From contig NZ_BCZP01000004.1 of assembly GCF_001598795.1 (NCBI RefSeq), positions 210,001-242,000 of the forward strand: a stretch of 32,000 nt of DNA. The letters run 5' to 3'. The notes under the pieces are model-generated. The model saw nothing but the letters and a program-made list of their open reading frames with translations, was not told the DNA's origin and did no database searches. This DNA is from Delftia acidovorans NBRC 14950. Its GTDB lineage: Bacteria; Pseudomonadota; Gammaproteobacteria; Burkholderiales; Burkholderiaceae_C. Position numbers and translations under genes: made by a program. Below, in pieces: positions 7,807 to 14,389 of the stretch (positions within the stretch are counted from its first letter, which is position 1; every line of letters begins with the position of its first letter).

Positions 7807-9066
7807 ATGAACCACTTGCCGACATCGCCCACCTCCCCCGCCCGCCGCAGCCTGCTGGCCGGCAGTGCCAGCGCACTGGCCGCCGCAGGCCTGGCCGGCC
7901 TGCACCAGGGCGCATTGGCCCAAGCCCAAGCCCAGGCCCAGGCCCAGGCACCGACAGCTGCGGCAGCACCGGCCACCAAGCCCCTGCCCGGCTACGCGGG
8001 CTGGAAGAAGGCCGATGCCCTCATCGTCCACAGCTCCACCACCATAGAGACGCGGCGCGGCGCCTTCGGCACCAGCGTGATCACGCCCAGCGATCAGCTC
8101 TATGTGCGCAACAACCTGCCCACGCCGCCCGAATCCATCGTGACCGACCGCGATGCCTGGCAGCTGCAGGTGGAGGGCGTGCGCCAGCCCCGCAGCCTCA
8201 GCGTGCGCGAGCTCAAGTCCCTGGGACTGGAGACCGTGGCCATGGTGCTGCAGTGCTCGGGCAATGGCCGGGCCTTCTTTCCCAGCAAGCCCAGCGGCAC
8301 GGCCTGGACCGTGGGTGCGGCCGGCTGCGTGGTCTGGAGCGGCGTGCCCGTGCGCGAGGTGGTCAAGGCCCTGGGCGGTGTGTCAGACGGCGGTCTCTAC
8401 ATGACGGGCACGGGCGGCGAGGTGCTGCCTGCGGGGCTGGACCCCAAGAGCGTCATCGTCGAGCGCTCGGTGCCGCTGTCGGCCATGGAAGACGCCCTGC
8501 TGGCCTGGGAGATGAACGGCGAGCCCATCCCGCTGGCCCACGGCGGGCCACTGCGCCTGATCGTGCCCGGCTACACGGGCGTGAACAACATCAAGTACAT
8601 CAAGCAACTGGCCTTCACGCCGCGCGAGAGCGAGGCCCACATCATGTCCCACGGCTACCGCATCTCGCCACCCGGCAGCAAGGGCGACCCGAGCCAGCCC
8701 TCGGTGCAGGAGATGAGCGTCAAGTCCTGGATCAACTCGCCCCTGCCCGAGGACGGCGGGCAGGCCGCCGGCCTGGTGCAGATCCACGGCGTGGCCTTTG
8801 GTGGCATGGACGCCGTCAAGGGCGTGGAGGTGTCCACAGACGGCGGCAAGAGCTGGCAGGCCGCGCGCCTGGTCGGCCCCGACCTGGGCAAGTACGCCTG
8901 GCGCCAGTTCGTGCTGCAGGCGCGCCTGCCCAAGGGCACGCATGTGCTGGCCAGCCGCGCCACCGACGCGCGCGGCCGGGTCCAGCCCGAGACGCGCGGT
9001 GAAAACCAGAGTGGCTACAACAACACCAGCTGGGCCGACCACGCCGTGACCGTCACCGTGGCCTGA
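7807..9066 (+). CDS. sorA: Sulfite dehydrogenase molybdopterin subunit (sulfite oxidase family, SorA type), Tat-exported
   Basis: RBS GAGGAGA at 7795-7801. Twin-arginine signal SPARRSLLAGSASALAAAGLAG. Moco-cysteine motif LQCSGNGRAFF. C-terminal dimerisation-domain-like region. Followed by a small cytochrome c gene, as in sorAB loci. Confidence 0.85.
   Translation: MNHLPTSPTSPARRSLLAGSASALAAAGLAGLHQGALAQAQAQAQAQAPTAAAAPATKPLPGYAGWKKADALIVHSSTTIETRRGAFGTSVITPSDQLYVRNNLPTPPESIVTDRDAWQLQVEGVRQPRSLSVRELKSLGLETVAMVLQCSGNGRAFFPSKPSGTAWTVGAAGCVVWSGVPVREVVKALGGVSDGGLYMTGTGGEVLPAGLDPKSVIVERSVPLSAMEDALLAWEMNGEPIPLAHGGPLRLIVPGYTGVNNIKYIKQLAFTPRESEAHIMSHGYRISPPGSKGDPSQPSVQEMSVKSWINSPLPEDGGQAAGLVQIHGVAFGGMDAVKGVEVSTDGGKSWQAARLVGPDLGKYAWRQFVLQARLPKGTHVLASRATDARGRVQPETRGENQSGYNNTSWADHAVTVTVA
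7918..7947 (+). repeat. Tandem hexanucleotide repeat (GCCCAR)x5 inside sorA, encoding (AQ)5
   Basis: Read directly: gcccaa gcccaa gcccag gcccag gcccag, followed by gca. It encodes AQAQAQAQAQA immediately after the Tat signal h-region. Confidence 0.9.
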
Positions 9067-9162
9067 GCACGGCCCGCGCGCTCATCCCGCCACCCCTTCT
9101 CTTCACTCCCGTCACTTCCCGCACACGGCGCCAGACCGTGGCGGGCCCGTACCCCCATTGCC

Positions 9163-9510
9163 ATGTTCACGATGAAACACCTGATCCACACCGCCCTGCT
9201 AGGCAGCACTTTGCTCGGCAGCGCCCTGCTGTCCGCCCCCGCCTTTGCCGATGAAGCGGCCCAGATGGCCCTGGGCAAGAAGCTGTTCGCCACGGCCACG
9301 CCCGCCTGCGCGCTGTGCCACACGCTCAAGGACGCGGGCGCCGAGGGCGCCATCGGCCCCGTGCTCGACGAGCTCAAGCCCGACGCCGCGCGCGTGGCGC
9401 GTGCCCTGCGCGACGGCATAGGCGCCATGCCCTCGTTCAAGGCCACGCTCAGCGAGGCCGAGATCGCCGCGCTGTCGCTCTACGTGAGCAAGGCCAGCGC
9501 GAAGAAGTAG
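9163..9510 (+). CDS. sorB: Monohaem cytochrome c, electron-acceptor subunit of sulfite dehydrogenase (SorB type)
   Basis: Signal peptide MFTMKHLIHTALLGSTLLGSALLSAPAFA, a single CALCH haem-binding motif, and a distal Met in GIGAMPSF. It lies 96 nt downstream of sorA. An alternative ATG is at 9172. Confidence 0.8.
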   Translation: MFTMKHLIHTALLGSTLLGSALLSAPAFADEAAQMALGKKLFATATPACALCHTLKDAGAEGAIGPVLDELKPDAARVARALRDGIGAMPSFKATLSEAEIAALSLYVSKASAKK

Positions 9511-9526
9511 AGGCAGGCCGCCGTGC

Positions 9527-11872
9527 TCAGTCCCGCACGGCGCCCGGGCGGCGGCGCTGCCGCCAGGCAGCCAGCCCGCCCAGCATCAGGGCCAGGCCAG
9601 CCAGACCCGCCGTGCCCAGCGCGGGAATCTGCTGCACCCCTGTGGCACCCGCCAGGCGTGACTGCAGATACCAGTGGCTGCCCACCTGCACCAGCTGGTA
9701 GCTGTAGCCTCCGGCCTGCAGCGGCGCCGCCAGCACGAAGGCACCTGCAGGCGATGCCGCACCATTGACCTGCACGACCAAAATACCGTTGCCCGCGGTC
9801 GCCGCGCCCAGGCCTGCGGCGTTGGCAATGTCCAGGCGCGTGGGCGCACCTGCCGTCACGCTGCCGTTCACCACCAGGCGGTCGCTGGGCGACGCTTCAT
9901 TGCCCAGTTGCGTGGCCATGGCCAGCACGCCGCCGCCGCTGTAGTTGCCTGTCACGCTCAGCGTGGTGCCGGGTACGGCCGGAGCGCCGTTCCTGGGAAG
10001 GCGCACCGTGCCCGCGTTCACCAGGCTGGCCACGGTCTGGGCCAGGCCGTCGAGATCCAGTACGCCCGAAGCCTGCACCTCATGGGCCGAAACGCTGGTC
10101 AGCACATTGGCAGCGCCGGCACGCAGACTGCCGCCCTGGACCGTGGTGGCGCCGCCGTAGCTGCCGGCAGCTTCCAGCACCAGCGTGCCGGTGCCGGCCT
10201 TGGCCAGGCCACCCGGGCCGGACAGCACCAATGCCACCGTCGCCGTCGCGCCGCTGGCCACGTTGACCGTGTTGGCTCCCGCGCCCTGCAATCCCAGGGT
10301 CGCACCCTGGAGCCGGTAGCCATCGACATCGAACTGCATGCCGGTAATGCCGATGGCCCCCGCACCAGCATCCGCCGTCACCACACCGGCCAGGCCCTGG
10401 AACCGGGCCACGGTGGGGTTGGGTTGATAAGGGCCGTTGAGCGCGCCGCCCGCACCGGTCCAGTTGCGGCCATCGGCGCGCCAGACGCCTGTGCCGCCGT
10501 TGACCACGTTGTTGTCCCTGAGCGCGGCATTGCCACCATCCCAATAGCCCAGTGCCACGCCGACCGTGGAGAGCAGGTTCACCTGCCCGGGCACCGAAGT
10601 CTGCAGGGTCAGGTTGTCCGCCACCACGCCTGGCGGCAGCGCGCCGAAGGCCAGGCTCCCGGCCAGCGTGCCGCGATAGTCGAACAGCCGGTACACGCCT
10701 GCGCCAAAGCCGCCCAGGTCATTGATGCCAAGCGTGCCGCCCAGCGTGAGATTGCCGTTCACATCGAACAAGGCCGTGACCGAAGGCGCTCCCAGGCCCG
10801 CCTGTACCACCGCACCGCCGCCCAGCGTCGCCAGGCCTGCAACGCTGAGCTTGCGGCCTTGCTGGCCCAGCAGCACGCCGCCGCCGGTCTGGTCCAGGTC
10901 GCCAGAGACCGTGCCCGCCCCGGTCACCACGCCGGAGCCGCTGGCCGTGACGGTGCCGCCCTGCGTGCCATCGACATCCAGCTGCCCGCCCGTGACCGAC
11001 GCCGTGCCGCCAAGCGCATTGGCGACCACCAGCCGCCCCCCGGAGACCGCGGTGCTGCCCGAGAAACCGGAGCTGTCGGCCGACAGCGTGGTCGTGCCGG
11101 CCTGATGGGTGATGCGGTGCGTGCCGGGATCGACGCTGGACAGCGCAAGCGCAAAGCCCAGGTTGGCGCCCGTGTGGTTGAAATGCAGGGTGCCGGTCCC
11201 CAGGCTGAAGTCGATGCGGGCCGCATCGACCACGCCGGGCGCCATGGCGGCGTCGGCCGGTCCACCGCCCACCTGGAGGGTTCCGACGGCACCCGCGTCA
11301 GCATCCATGGTGATGGTCCCGGCGCCCCCCTGCACAGACAGCGCACCACCATCGCGCACGGTGACCGTGCCCGTTCCGTTGAAGCTGGTGAAGAAATCCT
11401 GGGTGCTGCGCCAGGCCGAGCCTGTTCCACTGATCGTCGCCGTGCCCACGCCTTCAGGGACATCGCCCAAAGCACCCACCACACCTGACACCACGCCCCC
11501 ATCTTCGACCTTCAAGGTGCCTGTGCCCCTGCCACCAATCACGAGATTGCCTGAACCGTTCCACGTGGAACCCGGGCCCCGGACGGTGACCGTGCCATTG
11601 CTGCCCAGGTCGTAGCCCACGGTGCCGACCCCGGAGTGGGTCACTGAGCCTCCGCTGTCCATGGTGAGCGTTCCCGTGCCCGTACTGCCGACGTGCAGCG
11701 TGGTGCCCGCATTCCAGCTGGGCGAGGGGTTGGGCACCTGGACAGGCACCACATCGCCGGTGGACGTGACCGTCTGGGCCTGCGCCTGGGTGCAGCACAA
11801 GGCCACGCCCCATGCCAGGATTTTCAACGCGGACCGAGGGGGCACAGGCAGCGAAGAAGAAGGCGAACGCAT
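9527..11872 (-). CDS. Autotransporter-passenger-like beta-helical surface protein lacking a beta-barrel domain, with an IPTL-CTERM-like C-terminal anchor
   Basis: Signal peptide MRSPSSSLPVPPRSALKILAWGVALCCTQAQA-Q from ATG 11872. Repeated G-T/S-G-T-L-x-V/L units (GTGTLTMDSGGSV, GTGTLKVEDGGVV, GTGTLVLEAAGSYGGATTVQGGSL) resemble autotransporter-associated beta-strand repeats. There is a pertactin-like distal passenger (GNYSGGGVLAMATQLGNEASPSDRLVVNG...GILVVQVNGAASPAGAFVLAAPLQAGGYSYQLVQVGSHWYLQS). The protein then ends in IPALGTAGLAGLALMLGGLAAWRQRRRPGAVRD (motif, TM helix, Arg cluster) rather than a barrel of about 280 aa. The start codon is uncertain: upstream in-frame ATGs exist up to 12028, but those codons are GC3-poor. 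Confidence 0.8.
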   Translation of the reverse strand: MRSPSSSLPVPPRSALKILAWGVALCCTQAQAQTVTSTGDVVPVQVPNPSPSWNAGTTLHVGSTGTGTLTMDSGGSVTHSGVGTVGYDLGSNGTVTVRGPGSTWNGSGNLVIGGRGTGTLKVEDGGVVSGVVGALGDVPEGVGTATISGTGSAWRSTQDFFTSFNGTGTVTVRDGGALSVQGGAGTITMDADAGAVGTLQVGGGPADAAMAPGVVDAARIDFSLGTGTLHFNHTGANLGFALALSSVDPGTHRITHQAGTTTLSADSSGFSGSTAVSGGRLVVANALGGTASVTGGQLDVDGTQGGTVTASGSGVVTGAGTVSGDLDQTGGGVLLGQQGRKLSVAGLATLGGGAVVQAGLGAPSVTALFDVNGNLTLGGTLGINDLGGFGAGVYRLFDYRGTLAGSLAFGALPPGVVADNLTLQTSVPGQVNLLSTVGVALGYWDGGNAALRDNNVVNGGTGVWRADGRNWTGAGGALNGPYQPNPTVARFQGLAGVVTADAGAGAIGITGMQFDVDGYRLQGATLGLQGAGANTVNVASGATATVALVLSGPGGLAKAGTGTLVLEAAGSYGGATTVQGGSLRAGAANVLTSVSAHEVQASGVLDLDGLAQTVASLVNAGTVRLPRNGAPAVPGTTLSVTGNYSGGGVLAMATQLGNEASPSDRLVVNGSVTAGAPTRLDIANAAGLGAATAGNGILVVQVNGAASPAGAFVLAAPLQAGGYSYQLVQVGSHWYLQSRLAGATGVQQIPALGTAGLAGLALMLGGLAAWRQRRRPGAVRD
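11557..11572. other. parS: parS-like ParB-binding site inside the passenger-like gene
   Basis: CGTTCCACGTGGAACC matches the parS consensus TGTTCCACGTGGAACA at 14/16 positions. The central 14 bp GTTCCACGTGGAAC is a perfect palindrome. Confidence 0.55.
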
Positions 11873-12163
11873 GCGGCTGCGGGCCGTGCATGCACGAGAC
11901 AGTTCCATATCCATCTTGGCGATCTTTGTGTTTGTCATCTGCACCGCAGCCTGGCGCAGCAGATGGGTCAAGGCTTGCAGGTCCTGCATCTGTGGATGGC
12001 AGGCACAGCAAGTCTTGCGCACGTACACAAAGAGTCAATTCCGGGGAGCATGGAGAGCCTGCCTTTCTCCTGTAAGACAAAGGCGCGAAGTGTGTGGGCC
12101 CGCCGTCCGGACTCAGTGCCTGGCCCCGGCCGTGCAACGCCACGGCTGGAGCGGCACAGGCTC

Positions 12164-12985
12164 TCACCGGCGCTGCTGCAGCTCCCGCCGCGCCTTTTCG
12201 TAAGGCGTTTCCTCGGGCTCGGGCACATGCACCACGGCCTCGCCGGCACCGCCCAGCGGCATGCGGTAGACCCAGAGGCTGTGGCGGCCCGGTCCCTGGC
12301 GCTGCCAGGAGGGCTCCACGCCGGGCAGCGCAAAGTCCAGGCTGACCAGCCAGGCGCCCTCAGGCAGCTCCGTGGCGGCCTTGACGGCCGCACGGCTCAT
12401 GCTTTCGGGGCGCTGGAACAGGTAGACCATCTGGTAGCCGCTCCAGTCGGCCAGCCAGATATCGGCGCGGCGCACGCGGGCCCAGGGGCAGCGCAGCGCG
12501 CACAGCCAGCGCAGCGGCCAGCTCCACTCCATGCCGTTGAGCCGCGCCTGCGGGTACTGCCCGCGCAGCGCGCGCAGGCCGTCACCCAGGCCGCAGCCGG
12601 CATCGAGCACGGCGGCGCCATCGGGCAGCGGCGCAGCATCGGCCAGGCCTTGCAGCGCATCGGTCGGCGTGGGAAACAGCGGCGCATCGCGCCAGGCGTT
12701 GAGCGGGTAGACCAGGGTCAGCAGACCCAGCGCCGCCAGCCACAGCCAGGGGCTGATGGCGGCCAGGCCGCCCGGCCCCCACAGCATCAGGCAGGACAGC
12801 GGAAAGCCCGCCGCCACGGCCAGGCGCCGCCACCAGGGCGTGGCCAGCAGGCTGGCGAGCACGCCCAAAAAACAGGCCGCCAGCCAGGCGGCCAGCGGCC
12901 CTAGAGTCGATTGCAGCGCGGCGTAGACAAGCCAGGCGCCCGCCCAGGCAAGAAGGGCCGGGGCCGGCCAGGGAAGGCGCCGCAT
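12164..12985 (-). CDS. Membrane-anchored class I SAM-dependent methyltransferase (about 4 N-terminal TM helices plus MTase domain)
   Basis: ATG at 12985. The N-terminal roughly 100 aa are hydrophobic (ALLAWAGAWLVYAAL, LAAWLAACFLGVLASLLA, LAVAAGFPLSCLMLW, ISPWLWLAALGLLTLVY). This is followed by the SAM-binding motif I VLDAGCGLGDG and an MTase-like core (YQMVYLFQRPESM). Confidence 0.75.
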   Translation of the reverse strand: MRRLPWPAPALLAWAGAWLVYAALQSTLGPLAAWLAACFLGVLASLLATPWWRRLAVAAGFPLSCLMLWGPGGLAAISPWLWLAALGLLTLVYPLNAWRDAPLFPTPTDALQGLADAAPLPDGAAVLDAGCGLGDGLRALRGQYPQARLNGMEWSWPLRWLCALRCPWARVRRADIWLADWSGYQMVYLFQRPESMSRAAVKAATELPEGAWLVSLDFALPGVEPSWQRQGPGRHSLWVYRMPLGGAGEAVVHVPEPEETPYEKARRELQQRR

Positions 12986-13064
12986 GTCAGAGCCTCATTG
13001 CGCGACGCGCCTCCCACAGCCCATGAAACGAGCGCGACCTATGCGCCCGAAACGCCCCAAACCA

Positions 13065-13150
13065 GGGACAGCGAGCAAGGGCCGCCCCGCAGCGAGGCTG
13101 TCGTCCCCCTCCCGCAGGAGAGGGGGAAGGCGCGAAGCGACTCAGGGGGT
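13065..13150 (-). repeat. REP-like intergenic repeat, copy A (inverted relative to copy B at 30816-30917)
   Basis: The reverse complement CCCCCTGAGTCGCTTCGCGCCTTCCCCCTCTCCTGCGGGAGGGGGACGACAGCCTCGCTGCGGGGCGGCCCTTGCTCG aligns with 30816-30917. By eye about four-fifths of aligned bases are identical, and copy B carries an extra loop segment of about 16 nt. Central hairpin TCCCCCTC (13104-13111) / GAGGGGGA (13120-13127). Confidence 0.6.
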
Positions 13151-13158
13151 GCTGCATC

Positions 13159-14193
13159 TCATTGCTGTTGCAGTGCTTGCGAGGTGGCACGGTCGAGGCG
13201 GCCGGTCTGCGGCAGGCTCTGGTCGCGCTGGAACTCGCGCAGGGCGTTCTGGGTGTTCTTGCCCATGGAGCCGTCAGGCGTGCCTGCGGTGTAGCCCAGG
13301 GCATTGAGCTTTTGCTGGGCCGCGCGCAGCGACATGCCGGCGGCATTGGCGCCCGGAGCCGATGTCTGCGACGGTGCGGCACCGCCGTCCACGCCCAGGC
13401 GTCCACCGCCGCCCAGGCCCTGGCCCTTGACGGTCTGCGCCTTGTAGTTGCGCAGCGAGCGCACCATCTGGTTGTAGGCGTCCATGAAGGCGGCGGCGAT
13501 CACCTTGCCTTCGGCCGTGCGTGTGTAGCCGCCCAGCGAGGCGCCAGCGGAGCCGCCGAACAGCGCGCCCATGCCGCCCCAGTCGGTCTTGGAGGACGAG
13601 CCTTCGGAAGCCGACACCTGCACGCCCGAGCGGTTGTCCACCAGGGCCAGCATGACCGAGGCCTCGCGGGTCTTGGTGGCTGCAGCCAGCGCGCCGAAGA
13701 TGCCGCCTGCGCGGCCGCCGATGGCGCCGCCCATGCCGCCGGCATCGCTCTGGTTGAAGATCACTTCGGGGGACAGGCCGTAGTCGGAGGCCACCATCTG
13801 GCCCTTGCCCAGGTTGCTGCCGCCGCGCATTTCGCCCGAGTCCATCAGCGCGCGTTCACGCGCCATGGCGCCCATGCCGGCCGCGCCGCGTTCCACGACG
13901 ATGAAGCAGTTGGACTGCTGGATCATCAGGCGCAGCAGCTGCGAGGTGGGCGGCAGGCGGTACTGCTGGGTGAGGATGGTGTACCAGCCCGCGGTCTGGT
14001 TCTCGACCAGGGAGATGGTGCCCAGCGAGGAGTCGCAACGCTCCAGCTCGGTGTTGGCGTTCTCGGCGCTGGCACCGCCTGCGGCGCCCGTGGCCACGGT
14101 CTTGGCTTCGGGCGAGCCCATGCGCATGTCGGTTGTCACGCAGCCGGTCAGCGCCACGGCAGCGATGGCAGTCAGGGCAAGATACTTCTTCAC
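13159..14193 (-). CDS. Lipoprotein with CsgG/HfaB-like domain fused to a C-terminal peptidoglycan-binding (PG_binding_1) domain
   Basis: GTG start at 14193 with AAGAGGA 8 nt upstream. Lipobox in VKKYLALTAIAAVALTGC. The central domain follows the CsgG pattern (LGTISLVENQ..., FIVVERGA...ERAL, ASDYGLSPEVI, VMLALVDNRSGVQV, AEGKVIAAAFMDAYNQMV) and has two Gly-rich segments. The C-terminus LNALGYTAGTPDGSMGKNTQNALREFQRDQSLPQTGRLDRATSQAL is PG_binding_1-like. The CsgG assignment is by pattern recognition only. Confidence 0.7.
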   Translation of the reverse strand: MKKYLALTAIAAVALTGCVTTDMRMGSPEAKTVATGAAGGASAENANTELERCDSSLGTISLVENQTAGWYTILTQQYRLPPTSQLLRLMIQQSNCFIVVERGAAGMGAMARERALMDSGEMRGGSNLGKGQMVASDYGLSPEVIFNQSDAGGMGGAIGGRAGGIFGALAAATKTREASVMLALVDNRSGVQVSASEGSSSKTDWGGMGALFGGSAGASLGGYTRTAEGKVIAAAFMDAYNQMVRSLRNYKAQTVKGQGLGGGGRLGVDGGAAPSQTSAPGANAAGMSLRAAQQKLNALGYTAGTPDGSMGKNTQNALREFQRDQSLPQTGRLDRATSQALQQQ

Positions 14194-14389
14194 GTTGTAA
14201 TCCTCTTGGTCTGGTCTAGGTGAATCAGCGCCAGGGCAATGGGCGTCCACGCACTGGCAGCGTCGCCAGTCAGCGATTACACACAATTACCCCGCATAAC
14301 AGCGCGCAAATATACCGGGATTCACCCTTGCGAAAAAGCGCTGCTTTGCTGGAGAACGACAGATCACAGACGGTTACAAGCTGTTGTCA

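Noticed and set aside
9527-10400. Search for a type Va autotransporter beta-barrel, or a two-partner secretion or type I secretion signal, at the C-terminus of the passenger-like protein.
   Set aside because: The C-terminal 280 aa continue the Gly/Thr-rich beta-helix and pertactin-like region and end in a single TM helix plus an Arg cluster. There are no alternating-hydrophobic barrel strands, no terminal aromatic residue, and no RTX GGxGxD repeats. It is therefore not annotated as a complete autotransporter.
14194-14389. Terminator downstream of parB (minus strand, around AAGCAGCGCTTTTTCGC at 14337-14353).
   Set aside because: Only a 4-bp stem can be drawn before the T-run, which is too weak to call. 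parB may read through into the lipoprotein gene or rely on Rho.
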